A stretch of DNA of 58,885 nucleotides, filler included. It is 6 parts of 6 records of this genome, joined end to end, with 100 filler letters (N's around TTAATTAATTAA, not from the genome) between each part and the next. Parts side by side here need not be neighbours in the genome. Positions count along the whole stretch, not along the records: positions 35,259 to 52,040 come from SRR31147125_20002; positions 52,141 to 58,885 come from SRR31147125_20009; 4 more parts are not named here. One strand, 5' to 3'. Below are positions 41,791 through 52,310 of the stretch, piece by piece. Numbering within the stretch: position 1 is the first letter of the stretch; every line of letters starts with the position of its first letter. Under the pieces are notes generated by a model. That model was not told the origin of the DNA. It saw only the letters and a list, made by a program, of their open reading frames with translations, and ran no database searches. Position numbers and translations under genes: made by a program.

Positions 41791-43137
41791 ATGCTCAAAA
41801 ACAATTTTTTTCTATTATTTACGTTAATTTTAGTAGCTTTTAGTCAGCTAAGTATGGCAATGGTTGGAGGAACATCATACAAGACAATTATCGAAGTTGA
41901 AGACTGGGGTGCAGTAGTTTCAAAACTGGTTGTTGATTTAGGTAGTGATAATATGGTTGATGAGAGTGTAATTTCAACTGATACGTTCAAAGTATTTGTA
42001 TTAAATTTTCAAGAAGACGGAAAATCTTTAGTTAGTGAGATTGATAATAAAGAGGTTCAGCAATATACTTATACATCTTCGGATAAAGGTGGAGAGAGAG
42101 AAATAACAAAAGTATATGTTTCTGATGCGCAAGGGAACAGAGTATTTAAATCAAACTATGTAACTTTGGAACTAGTAATTGGGCCAAGTGATACTTTAGG
42201 TTTAGCACTTTACAATCCTGGTAGAGGAAGTAAGTGGGGAGTTTCAAAGTACACGATTACTCAAGAAAAATCTATTAAAATTGGAAATAAAAAAGTTTCT
42301 GGATTAAATATTACAAAATCAAATGGAACAATCAAATTACTAGTAGATGATTTTAAGTTAGCTTCATATACAGATAAAAAAGAAGGAAAGACATTAAGTT
42401 ATGCACATTTTTCACCAAAAGTTGATAACAAGAAAAACCCATTAATTATTTGGCTTCATGGAATGGGTGAAGGTGGAGTAGATGCTACTATTCCATTAGC
42501 AGGTAACAAAGCTTCAATATTCGCTTCAGATGAAGTTCAAGAATATTTTGATGGTGCATATGTATTACAGCCTCAAGCTACAACATTCTGGATGCATGGA
42601 ATAACTGGTGGATTTGGAGACGGAACTTCAATGTATGAAGTAACTCTAATGAATCTAATCAAAGACTATGTTTCAAGCAACTCAGACATTGATACTGACA
42701 GAATTTATGTTGGTGGTATATCAAATGGTGGTTACATGACTATGCTTCTTTTAAGAGACTATCCAGATTATTTTGCTGCGGCATTAGTTGCATGTGAAGC
42801 TTTAAAAGACGAGTTAATTACAGATGAGCAATTAGACAAAATGAAAGATATACCTATCTGGTTTGCACATGCGAAAAGTGATCCTTTAGTTAAACCTGAA
42901 GAGCATGTTGTACCTACTTTCAAAAGATATAAAGAGGCGGGAGCAAAAGACGTACACCTATCACTTTATGACAGAATAGAAGATCAAACAGGTCTTTATA
43001 ATAAAGAAGATGGAACTCCTTATGAATATATGGGACACTTCTCATGGATTCCTCTATATAACAATGAATTAGTTACAACAGTTAATAATAAAGAGATAAG
43101 TGCGATGGAATGGTTAGCAAGTCAAAAGAAAAAATAA
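41791..43137 (+). CDS. Secreted esterase/S9-like alpha/beta hydrolase with an N-terminal Ig-like domain
   Basis: Signal peptide (SMA-M); EVEDWG.VVSK; PLIIWLHGMGEGG; GISNGG nucleophile; DPLV; GHFSW. Confidence 0.85.
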   Translation: MLKNNFFLLFTLILVAFSQLSMAMVGGTSYKTIIEVEDWGAVVSKLVVDLGSDNMVDESVISTDTFKVFVLNFQEDGKSLVSEIDNKEVQQYTYTSSDKGGEREITKVYVSDAQGNRVFKSNYVTLELVIGPSDTLGLALYNPGRGSKWGVSKYTITQEKSIKIGNKKVSGLNITKSNGTIKLLVDDFKLASYTDKKEGKTLSYAHFSPKVDNKKNPLIIWLHGMGEGGVDATIPLAGNKASIFASDEVQEYFDGAYVLQPQATTFWMHGITGGFGDGTSMYEVTLMNLIKDYVSSNSDIDTDRIYVGGISNGGYMTMLLLRDYPDYFAAALVACEALKDELITDEQLDKMKDIPIWFAHAKSDPLVKPEEHVVPTFKRYKEAGAKDVHLSLYDRIEDQTGLYNKEDGTPYEYMGHFSWIPLYNNELVTTVNNKEISAMEWLASQKKK

Positions 43138-43146
43138 TAGTTAAAA

Positions 43147-43176
43147 GGCTGACTAAAATTAGTTTTTTAGTCAGCT
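43147..43176. repeat. Intergenic hairpin (GGCTGAC family), copy 1
   Basis: GGCTGACTAAAA-ttagtt-TTTTAGTCAGCT; related copy at 50710. Confidence 0.55.
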
Positions 43177-43207
43177 AGAAATAAAAAGAAAAACAGGAGT
43201 AAACATT

Positions 43208-44662
43208 ATGGCAACTCAGAAAAAATATGATGAAATAGCAGAAAAATTAGAAAATTATTATTCAAATCCAGATCAAAATATTTGGCGGAATAGTTTTCAT
43301 ATTGAGATGCCTTTTGGTTTAGTAAATGATCCAAATGGATTGGCTTATTTTGATAATAAATTCCATATTTTTTATCAATGGAATCCATTTACTTGTGAGC
43401 ATAAATCAAAACACTGGGGATTAGTTACAACAAAAGATTTTCTTAACTATACTACTCCTGAGATAATTCTGAAACCAGAGGATTGGTTTGATAAAACAGG
43501 GTGTTACTCTGGTGGAGCTTATGTAAAAGACGATGTATTAAAACTTTTTTATACTGGCAATGTTAAAGATGAAAATAATAATAGAAACTCATACCAATGT
43601 TTAGTTGATTATCAAAAAAATGGATCATTTGAAAAACGAGGTGTAGTAATAGAAAAACAGCCGGAAGGTTATACAGACCACTTTAGAGATCCTGTGATTT
43701 TAAAAGAAAATGACAAGTATTATATGATAATAGGGATTCAAAATAAGGAGCAAGAAGGAAAAGCACTAATATATGAATCTTTAGACTTGGAACAATGGAA
43801 TTTTAAAGGAGAACTTCAAACAAAACTTAATAACTTTGGTTATATGTGGGAGTGTCCTAATCTATTTAGACTTAGTGATGATAAACACTGTTTTTTATTC
43901 TCACCACAGGGATTGAGGGAAGAGGAGTTTAGATATCAGAATATTTTTCAAACAGGTTATATTATTGGTGATCTTGATTTGGAAAATAATTCTTTGAATA
44001 ATCACACAGAGTTTAAAGAGATAGATATGGGATTTGATTTTTATGCCCCACAGATATTCAATTATAATGAAAAAAATATAATGATAGCTTGGGTTGGTAT
44101 GCCGGATAGAGATTCTGAGTATGTTAGCAGAGATCAGGGCTGGATATTTGGTCTTAGTTTGCCTAGGGAATTAGAGTATAGAGACGGTGCCTTATATCAA
44201 CAACCTTTTGAACAAATTAAAAATTTAAGAGATACAAAAATAATTGATGATGAAAATAAAAATATTGAAAATATTAAGTTTGATTCAAGAAATATTGAGT
44301 GTAACTTAGAATTTGATATAAGCGAAATTACAAATTTAGAGTTGAAGTTAGTATTTGGTGATGAGGATATCAAGATCAAATATAACAAAGAAAAACAAGT
44401 ATGTATATTAGATAGAACAAATATGCAACTTGGAGGAAAAGGGCAAAGGAAGTTTATCTTGAAGGCTGATAAAAAACTAAAGTTACATATGTTTATAGAT
44501 AACTCTGTTGTAGAGATATTCTATCAAGACGGTCAAGAGACAACGACATTTGTTTATTTTCCTAAAAGTAATGACTTTGAAATTAAGTTAAATAATAATA
44601 TAAAAGTAAACAAGCTAGAAGTTTGGAAACTTAAGAAAAATCAATATCTTAGCAAAAATTAA
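43208..44662 (+). CDS. scrB: GH32 sucrose-6-phosphate hydrolase
   Basis: GLVNDPNG, YQWNP, HWG, YSG, FRDP, MWECP, DFYAPQ. Confidence 0.88.
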   Translation: MATQKKYDEIAEKLENYYSNPDQNIWRNSFHIEMPFGLVNDPNGLAYFDNKFHIFYQWNPFTCEHKSKHWGLVTTKDFLNYTTPEIILKPEDWFDKTGCYSGGAYVKDDVLKLFYTGNVKDENNNRNSYQCLVDYQKNGSFEKRGVVIEKQPEGYTDHFRDPVILKENDKYYMIIGIQNKEQEGKALIYESLDLEQWNFKGELQTKLNNFGYMWECPNLFRLSDDKHCFLFSPQGLREEEFRYQNIFQTGYIIGDLDLENNSLNNHTEFKEIDMGFDFYAPQIFNYNEKNIMIAWVGMPDRDSEYVSRDQGWIFGLSLPRELEYRDGALYQQPFEQIKNLRDTKIIDDENKNIENIKFDSRNIECNLEFDISEITNLELKLVFGDEDIKIKYNKEKQVCILDRTNMQLGGKGQRKFILKADKKLKLHMFIDNSVVEIFYQDGQETTTFVYFPKSNDFEIKLNNNIKVNKLEVWKLKKNQYLSKN

Positions 44663-44687
44663 AATTTTTAAAAGGAGAAATACATAG

Positions 44688-45638
44688 ATGATAAAACCAG
44701 AAATGTGTAATTATAATGATTTTCCTGCAGATAAAAGTGCTCCTGAAGGAATGAAAGTCATAGGAGCAGATAAAGAAACTCATTATGTAAAATGGATAAA
44801 AGATGTAGAGTATACGAAAAGAGGCGATAAAGCTCTTTACATGCAGATATTAAGACCAAATAAAATAGAAGATCATATACACTTCTCACCTAAGCCAGCG
44901 AAACCAGCGAAACCTTGGCCAATAGTTGTATATGTACCTGGCTCAGCTTGGCACAAGCAAGATGTCTATTCAGCAGTAACGAAGTTAACGAGATTAGCTG
45001 AAAGAGGTTTTGTAGTTGCATTAGTTGAATACAGACCTTCAGAAGAAGCAATTTTTCCTGCTCAAATAATTGATGCAAAAGCAGCTGTGAGATATATAAA
45101 AGAGAATGCCGAAGAGTATTTTGCTAACCCTGAAAGCGTAGTTATCTTTGGTGACTCATCTGGAGGACACACATCACTAATGACAGCTTTTACAGGTGAA
45201 GCAAACCTTGTTGATGATATGGATAAGCTTGAAAATTTTGACTGTAGCGTAAACGGTGTTATCAGTTACTTCCCACCAGTGGATATATCTAGAATGTGTG
45301 AAGCTCCATCTGTTGCTGATCATACATTAGCAGATAGTCCGGAAGGTTATTTAATTGGGAGAAAAAAAGTACTTGAAAATTTAGATTTAGTAAAACCAAC
45401 GGTAGTAACTAATTACATTGAGAAGTCAAAGGAGATTCCACCAGTACTTGCTTTTCACGGAGATAAAGATAGGATAGTTCCATTTAATCAAAGTTGTATA
45501 TTATATGATGCTTTAATAGAAGCAGAAAAAGAAGTTGATTTCTACAAGATAGAAGGCGGAGATCACGGTGGAGCTTCATTTTGGAGTAATGATGTTTTAG
45601 AGGTAGTAGAGGAATTTATAAATAAAGTTAACAAATAA
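44688..45638 (+). CDS. Cytoplasmic alpha/beta hydrolase (HSL/BD-FAE-like esterase)
   Basis: VVYVPGSAW, EYR, FPAQI.D, GDSSGG, HGDKD..VP, GGDHG. Confidence 0.88.
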   Translation: MIKPEMCNYNDFPADKSAPEGMKVIGADKETHYVKWIKDVEYTKRGDKALYMQILRPNKIEDHIHFSPKPAKPAKPWPIVVYVPGSAWHKQDVYSAVTKLTRLAERGFVVALVEYRPSEEAIFPAQIIDAKAAVRYIKENAEEYFANPESVVIFGDSSGGHTSLMTAFTGEANLVDDMDKLENFDCSVNGVISYFPPVDISRMCEAPSVADHTLADSPEGYLIGRKKVLENLDLVKPTVVTNYIEKSKEIPPVLAFHGDKDRIVPFNQSCILYDALIEAEKEVDFYKIEGGDHGGASFWSNDVLEVVEEFINKVNK

Positions 45639-45758
45639 AAAAATGAGAATGTTAAAAAAATTATTTATGGAAAAAGAAAAAATAGAAGAGATCATTGAAA
45701 TAGTTCACTAATTTATGGCGAAATACTAATGAAAGTTAAAGTAAAATAGATTTTATTT

Positions 45759-45858
45759 CCAAAGTTGAGCGAAAGAATAAATAGAAATTTCGTTTAACTT
45801 TGGGAGAAATAAAGCAAAACGGAAACAAGCCCTATAAGTATGGTCTTGATTCCGTTTT
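45759..45858. terminator. Two adjacent hairpins between convergent operons
   Basis: CCAAAGTTGAGCGAAA/TTTCGTTTAACTTTGG (45759-45803) and AAAACGGAAACAAG/CTTGATTCCGTTTT (45816-45858). Confidence 0.6.
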
Positions 45859-46081
45859 ATTATTTTTTATGGCATTTTTGGCAATCACATATTCTATTTC
45901 CATATCTAGTCATAATTTTTTTACCAAAATAAAATTGCCCAGTTTGAGTATTCTTTCATGCATCTTCCCACTTATACGTTCGCGTGTACGAAAAAGTGGT
46001 TAAAATTTGAGGCAGATCGAAAATCCATTTCCTTATTCTCACAGCTTTTCAATTAGCCCCAGCTATTGTTGTCTCTTTTAG

Positions 46082-47131
46082 TTAGTCTATTTTTTTTACA
46101 CTATCTCTTTCTATCAACTTTACATTTGCAATAAATTTTTCAGTATACTCTTCACCATTTATACATTTTATGAGATTTTTTATTGAAAATTTTGCCATTT
46201 CACCTAGTTCCATATCAATAGAAGAGAAACTAAGGTCAAAGCTATCAGAAAAATTATAATTATCATATCCAATAATGGATATATCTTTTTTTATCTCGAG
46301 TCCTGCTTCACGGATAGCTTTTACTCCACCTACTGTCATGATATCATTTGCAAAAAATATCGCTGTAGGTAGATCATTTTTATGTTTTTTTATGAATTTT
46401 TTCATCGCAAGATAAGTATGATATTCATCATAGTGCCCATTAACTAGATATTCATCTTTTATATCAAGACCATATTTTTTCATTGCTTTTCGATAACCTC
46501 TGATTCTTAATTCTGCTGAGATTATATTTGTATCACCATGAAAGTGAGCTATTTTTTTGTGACCATTCTTTATTAGATACTCCGTGGCCATAAAACCACC
46601 TTTTTCATCATCGGCATTTGCAAGTATCAGATTTTTCTCACCATTATGGTGCTCAAGCTGATCAATTAGGGCTATATTATATCCTTTTTTAATTAAGTCC
46701 CTAATCTGCTTATTATTTTTATAGAATCCCATAAATATTCCACCTGAAACATTTCCACCGCTAAAGTATGACTCCAAATTATTGCATTCTGCCTCAGAAA
46801 CTATAATATCAAGCATTGTTTTATATTCGAATTTTTTCGCTTCACCTATCAAACCTGTTAGAAATCTGAGAAAATATGGACTTTCATGAGACCATAATTT
46901 CACTATATTTTTATCTTGACTTTTTTTGAAATCTGCAATAAAAAATCCTAAGATATTCAATTGTTTTCCTGCAAGTTTTCTTGCAGATGAATTTGGCGTA
47001 TAACCATACTTATCAATTATCTGTTGTATTTTTTTTCGTGTTTTCTCAGACACATCAGGTTTATTGTTTAGCACTCTTGATACTGTTGCTCTCGATACAC
47101 CTGCAATTCTTGCAATATCTTCACTTTTCAT
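46082..47131 (-). CDS. LacI-family regulator
   Basis: DIARIAGVSRATVSRVLN HTH, YTPNSSARKL, GHKKIA, ND..., GYDN, LIERDS. Confidence 0.95.
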   Translation of the reverse strand: MKSEDIARIAGVSRATVSRVLNNKPDVSEKTRKKIQQIIDKYGYTPNSSARKLAGKQLNILGFFIADFKKSQDKNIVKLWSHESPYFLRFLTGLIGEAKKFEYKTMLDIIVSEAECNNLESYFSGGNVSGGIFMGFYKNNKQIRDLIKKGYNIALIDQLEHHNGEKNLILANADDEKGGFMATEYLIKNGHKKIAHFHGDTNIISAELRIRGYRKAMKKYGLDIKDEYLVNGHYDEYHTYLAMKKFIKKHKNDLPTAIFFANDIMTVGGVKAIREAGLEIKKDISIIGYDNYNFSDSFDLSFSSIDMELGEMAKFSIKNLIKCINGEEYTEKFIANVKLIERDSVKKID

Positions 47132-47169
47132 GACACATACCTCACATTTTAAATTTATTTCTATTTTTT

Positions 47170-47199
47170 AAGATAGCATATTACTTATAATAATGTCAA
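47170..47199 (-). promoter_or_regulatory. sigma70 promoter of the second LacI gene
   Basis: Minus strand TTGACA-18 nt-TATCTT with extended -10 TG. Confidence 0.55.
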
Positions 47200-47229
47200 C
47201 TATCTTTGAAAAATAAGACTTCAGTGAGG

Positions 47230-48564
47230 TTAATTATATTTAGGTAACATATCGCCATGAGCCTCAATTAAATCATCGCACAAGTTTCTAATCTCATCAA
47301 TGCTAAGCTCAGTTGAAGTATGTGGGTCAAGCAGAGCTGCCTGATAAATATAACTCTTTTCAAGTGTTTGAGCTGCCTTCAATGTCAGGAGTTGTACATT
47401 TATATTTGTTCTGTTAAGAGCAGCGCACTGTTCTGGAAGTTCACCATGGTAAGTCGGTTGAATACCATTTTTATCAACAAGACAAGCTACCTCTACTATA
47501 CAGTTTGATGGCAAGTTTGGTATTAATCCATTATTTAGAATATTTCCATGGATTCTATGCGGAACTCCAGTCTCCATAGCTTCTAATATATATGATCCGA
47601 ATTCATAAGTTCTTTCGTGAGTTAGTTCTTTATTATCAACTAAATCTTTTTTCTGCTTTTTCCAATCCTCTATCTGCTTTATACATCTTCTTGGATATTC
47701 ATCAATAGGTATATTGAACTCCTCTATTAGCTGAGGATACTTTTCTTTGATAAAATACGGCATATATTCTGCGTTATGCTCCGATGATTCAGTGATATAA
47801 TATCCAAACTGTTTCATAACCTCGTATCGAACCATATCTTCGTGTTTCTCTATTTCGCCAGCTCTTGCTTTTCTATTTTTCTCATATGCTCTCTTTTTTA
47901 TCTCGGGATAGATATCTTTACCCTTGTCAGTTATTTCCAAAAGCCACGCTTGATGATTTATTCCCGCGATTTTCCAGTTTAAATCTGTAATATCCTTTTT
48001 CATATCTAAATCTGTAAGCAGGTCATCTGTACAAACTTGTACCGAGTGGCAAAGTCCGACTGTTTTTATCCCTTTTGCAAGTAAAGCACCTGTTAATATT
48101 GCCATAGGGTTCGTGTAGTTTAAAAACCACGCTTCAGGGCAAACTTCTTTCATATCATCTGCGATATCATTCAACACAGGAATAGTTCTAAGTGCTCTAA
48201 ATATTCCGCCGATACCCAAAGTATCACCTATTGTTTGTTTTAACCCATATTTTTTAGGAATCTCAAAATCAATAACTGTACTTGGTTCATATCCACCTAT
48301 TTGAACAGCATTTATTACATATTTTGCACCTCGAAGAGCTTCTTTTCTCTCATTTACTCCCAGATACGTGATTATTTCTGCTCTGCCTTCATTCATATTT
48401 TGATTAATATTATCAAGCATAAGCTTTGATTCCATTAGTCTTTCTTCATCAATGTCATATAGAGCTATTTGAGAATCTTTTAATACATCAGTCATCAAAC
48501 AGTCTCCCAAAACATTTTTTGTAAATGTTGTACTTCCTGCCCCTAAAAAAGTTATTTTTGCCAT
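47230..48564 (-). CDS. melA: GH4 NAD+/Mn-dependent alpha-galactosidase (melibiase)
   Basis: KITFLGAGS, QTIGDTLGIGG, NYTNPMA, GLCHSVQ, AGINHQAW, TESSEH.AEY, DEYPRRC. Confidence 0.9.
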   Translation of the reverse strand: MAKITFLGAGSTTFTKNVLGDCLMTDVLKDSQIALYDIDEERLMESKLMLDNINQNMNEGRAEIITYLGVNERKEALRGAKYVINAVQIGGYEPSTVIDFEIPKKYGLKQTIGDTLGIGGIFRALRTIPVLNDIADDMKEVCPEAWFLNYTNPMAILTGALLAKGIKTVGLCHSVQVCTDDLLTDLDMKKDITDLNWKIAGINHQAWLLEITDKGKDIYPEIKKRAYEKNRKARAGEIEKHEDMVRYEVMKQFGYYITESSEHNAEYMPYFIKEKYPQLIEEFNIPIDEYPRRCIKQIEDWKKQKKDLVDNKELTHERTYEFGSYILEAMETGVPHRIHGNILNNGLIPNLPSNCIVEVACLVDKNGIQPTYHGELPEQCAALNRTNINVQLLTLKAAQTLEKSYIYQAALLDPHTSTELSIDEIRNLCDDLIEAHGDMLPKYN

Positions 48565-48667
48565 TTGCGCCTCCTAATTTTTTTTATATATTTCATCGGA
48601 TAGAAATAGATTCTGCCCTTAAAAATTATTTTTAAATTTAATTCTTTTCAACTGTTTCTATAAATCT

Positions 48668-49498
48668 CTATTTTCCTCCAGTTAACGCTATACCACTGAT
48701 GAATTGGTTTTGGAATATTACAAATACTATAATCATTGGAATAATTGCGATTACTGAACCTGCCATTAATATCGGGTAGTCAGTTGTAAACTGCCCAACT
48801 AGTGATGCCAATCCCGCTGATAGTGTCATTTTTCCTAAATCCATATTAACAATTAATGGCCACATTAGATCTTTCCATGCAAATAATGCTGTAAATATAC
48901 TTAGTGAAACTAGACCTGATTTTGCTAAGGGAAGCATAATGTACCAGAAAATCTGCCATCTATTTGCACCGTCGAGTGTTGCTGCTTCCTCCAGTTCCTT
49001 TGGAATTCCCATAAAGAACTGTCTCAGGAGGAATGTACCAAATGCACTAACAAGACCTGGGAAAATAAGTGCTGGAACACTATTTAGCCATCCTAATTTT
49101 TGAACCATAATATATTGCGGAATAATAAATATCTGAGCTGGTACCATCATCTGAATTAATACGAACATAAATAGAAAATTTCTTCCTGGAAAAGCAATTC
49201 TTGCAAATGCATATGCTGCCATTGCAGAGAATAAACTGGAAAGTAAAATCCTTACTAAGATCATAACAAATGTGTTCACATAAAATTTAAAGAACGGCAA
49301 TAGATTTACTACATTTTTATAATTTTCTGTAATGAAGACTTTTGGATATATTGTTGGTGGTACCCGTATAGACTCCCCTATTGTTTTAAATGAAGTTAAT
49401 AACATCCATAAAAACGGAATAATCATTATCATTGATCCAATAATTAACAGGAAGTGTATGCTAAATTTTTCTAATGCTTTCTTTTGCGATTGTTTCAT
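48668..49498 (-). CDS. Carbohydrate ABC transporter permease (MalG-like)
   Basis: 6 TM segments; IPKELEEAATLDGA EAA motif. Confidence 0.95.
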   Translation of the reverse strand: MKQSQKKALEKFSIHFLLIIGSMIMIIPFLWMLLTSFKTIGESIRVPPTIYPKVFITENYKNVVNLLPFFKFYVNTFVMILVRILLSSLFSAMAAYAFARIAFPGRNFLFMFVLIQMMVPAQIFIIPQYIMVQKLGWLNSVPALIFPGLVSAFGTFLLRQFFMGIPKELEEAATLDGANRWQIFWYIMLPLAKSGLVSLSIFTALFAWKDLMWPLIVNMDLGKMTLSAGLASLVGQFTTDYPILMAGSVIAIIPMIIVFVIFQNQFISGIALTGGK

Positions 49499-49650
49499 AA
49501 CTACTTCTCTCCTTATATATTTTTTCTAAGTTCATACGCTTTAAATGAACTTTGTTAAGAAAAATATTCTATATATTTTTTACGTCAACAAAAACTACAC
49601 TGACTTTAGACTAAAAATATTAAATTTCTCTATTTATAAAGTTAGATCTA

Positions 49651-50579
49651 TTATTCGTTATAATGAACCCATTTTTTTTGCATCTTAATCTGAATATATG
49701 TAATTAATAAAATTACGAAGAACAGAAGTATTATAATTGCTGATCCATAACCTTTCATATTCAACTCAAAAGCATATCTAAAGAATAGTACTACAACAGA
49801 CTGTACATGTGGAAGTACTGGATTTGTTTTATGAATCATCATATAGATAATATCAAATACCTGTAACGAACCAATAAGTGTTGTAATCATTACGAAAAAT
49901 AGTGTAGGAGTTACCATTGGTAGAGTTATGTTTATGAATTTTTTAACTGGCCCGGCTCCATCAATTTCTGCCGCTTCATATAGAGATTGAGGCACCTCTT
50001 GTAAACCTGCTAATAAAATAATCATGTTATAACCTATTGTTGACCATATTCCTACTAGCGCCACTGCGAAAATAGCAATCTTTGGGTCAGTCAACCATGT
50101 TGGGCCTTTTATAGAAATTGTTGATAAAAAATAGTTAATTAAACCGTACTCTGAGTTGTATATCCACTTCCACACCATTGCTACTGCTGCCGGAGCCGAT
50201 ACAACTGGTAGAAAAAACAGTGTTCTGTAAAGTGTTTTACCCTTTATTTTTGCATTTAATAATACTGCAACTATTAACGAGAGTAGTATCCCTAAAGGAA
50301 CGGTGATTAGTGTATAGATGAAGGTGTTTAAAAACGCTTTCAATATTAATTTATCTGTTAAAATATTTTGGTAATTTGCAAGACCTATAAATGTTGACTT
50401 TCCAAAAGCACCTGATCTGGTTAAACTCAAATACATTGTTTGAAAAATCGGAAAAATGTTTAGGATAAATAGACCTAACATTGTAGGCGCAACCATAAAA
50501 TATCCCCATGACCAGTCATTTAGCTTTTTTGATTGAGCCCTTGATGGCTTTTTCTCTTTTTTTCTAATGCTTTTACCAT
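49651..50579 (-). CDS. Carbohydrate ABC transporter permease (MalF-like); frameshift in the N-terminal A-run near 50557-50563
   Basis: LYEAAEIDGA EAA motif; ATG at 50579 with AAGGAG RBS joins the ORF if one A is added (EKKEKKPSRAQSKKLNDWSWGYF). Confidence 0.92.
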
Positions 50580-50600
50580 AACTCTACACTCCTTATCATT

Positions 50601-50654
50601 TAGAATATTTCAAACTCATTATAAGCAAAAGTATTATGAGTCAAAAATATTCTA
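50601..50654. other. Intercistronic hairpin between the substrate-binding protein and permease genes
   Basis: TAGAATATTT..ACTCAT...ATGAGT..AAATATTCTA. Confidence 0.5.
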
Positions 50655-50709
50655 GATTAATATATATGATATTTTATTCCTTGTACGTTTAGGTATATTA
50701 GTGCCACTA

Positions 50710-50758
50710 GGCTGACCGAAAATTGGAATAATTAATTAAACACAGATTTTTCGGTCAG
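50710..50758. repeat. Intergenic hairpin (GGCTGAC family), copy 2
   Basis: GGCTGACCGAAAA...TTTTCGGTCAG. Confidence 0.55.
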
Positions 50759-50791
50759 ACAGATGACAAAGAAATTTTATTATGAAAAAAA

Positions 50792-52040
50792 TTATTCGCT
50801 AGCTATAATTGCATTCATTTTTTTAGCATAAGCTTTTGTTGCTGATTTTACATCTACAGCTCCAGTCATTACAGGTGCGAACATCTCATTTTCATAAGCT
50901 CTCCATTCTCCACCTTTTTTCGAGTTAGGGAATACAACACCATATGTTAATTGATCAATAAAGATTCTTAAGTTCATAGTTTTGTTATGGTCAATCCATG
51001 CTTGTTGTGTTCCTTCATATGCAGGTATAGCCGAAGCATATTTTGACTGAATTTCATTTGCTTCTTTAGTTGCAGTAAATTTTAAGAACTCCATAGTTTC
51101 CTTAGGATATTTAGTATTTGCTGATGCAGAGTATCCTAAACCATTGTAGATTGACGCTTTTCTTTTTCCTTGTGGAAGGTATGTAACATCTATTTTTGAA
51201 GCCATATCTTTATTTTGCTCAATTCCAGGCACCATCCATGACCCTAATTGAATCATTGCAATTTTACCTGATAAGAACATATCAAAAGCTCCTGTTTCAG
51301 AGAATTGAAGTTGAGTAGGCGAAACTTTTTCTTTTAAACTGAGATCTACCCACCATTGTAAGGCTTCTTGACTGGCTTTTGTGTCATATCCAGATTTTTT
51401 ACCTTTGATTACATAACCACCGTTTTGGTAGATTGAGTTCCAGTATCCTTGTTGTGATTCAAGAGGTGCCGCTAAACCATAAACTCCATCTTTTGTAAGT
51501 TTTTTAGCTGTTTCAACATATTCTGCCCAATTCCATGAACCATCTGGATAAGCAACTCCTGCGTTATCAAATAACTCTTTGTTATAAAATACTCCAATTG
51601 TATCGAAATCTTTTGGTACAGCATAGTTTTTTCCATCTAAACTATATAAATTAACTAAATCTTGAGGAAAATGAGAGTAGGCTTCCTCTCCTAATTTTGA
51701 ACCTACTTCAAGTAAAATATCATTGCTTGCATATTTGTAAAATTGTGATGAATGCATCCAGAAAATATCAGGAAGTGCTCCACCTGTTGCCGCTGCTTCA
51801 AGCTTTGTCCAATATTCATCCCATCCTGTCACTTGTACATTTACTTTTATATTAGGATTTTTTGCAGTAAATGCATCCGCTATTGCTTTCATTCCAGGTT
51901 CTTGATTTTTATCCCAAATCATAAATGTTAGAACTTTTTCGCCATTGTCTGCTTTCTTTTTAAATAATTTCGAGAAAATTCCAGCCTCAGCCACACTAAA
52001 ACATAACACCAATAACAACATTGATAAAACTAACTTTTTT
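50792..52040 (-). CDS. Carbohydrate ABC substrate-binding protein (start codon lost at contig end)
   Basis: KKLVLSMLLLVLCFSVAEA signal; WDEYWTKL, LPDIF, YNKELFD.AG, W.W, F.SGKIAM. Confidence 0.93.
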
Positions 52041-52140
52041 NNNNNNNNNNNNNNNNNNNNNNNNNNNNNNNNNNNNNNNNNNNNTTAATTAATTAANNNN
52101 NNNNNNNNNNNNNNNNNNNNNNNNNNNNNNNNNNNNNNNN
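52041..52140. other. Artificial contig spacer
   Basis: N44-TTAATTAATTAA-N44. Confidence 0.99.
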
Positions 52141-52310
52141 CCTGTTTTTAGACAAGTTTCATAAACCCCTTTTACAAACTCATCGCTAAACTGATAGTTA
52201 TTTACTAAACCTCCATCTCTAATAGTACAGTCAAGTACTTTAACGTCTTCTCTTACTGAGAATAAGCTACCTTTTTTGTGGAAATTTACTGTTTGTTCTC
52301 CTTTACTCAT
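52141..52310 (-). CDS. DRE-TIM/HMGL-like aldolase-domain protein, N-terminal fragment
   Basis: KVLDCTIRDGG.VN motif; truncated by the spacer. Confidence 0.8.

Noticed and set aside
45640-46003. Small ORFs or a mobile-element remnant between the convergent operons
   Set aside because: No convincing RBS or transposase/integrase motif; only hairpins and one operator-like site are supportable
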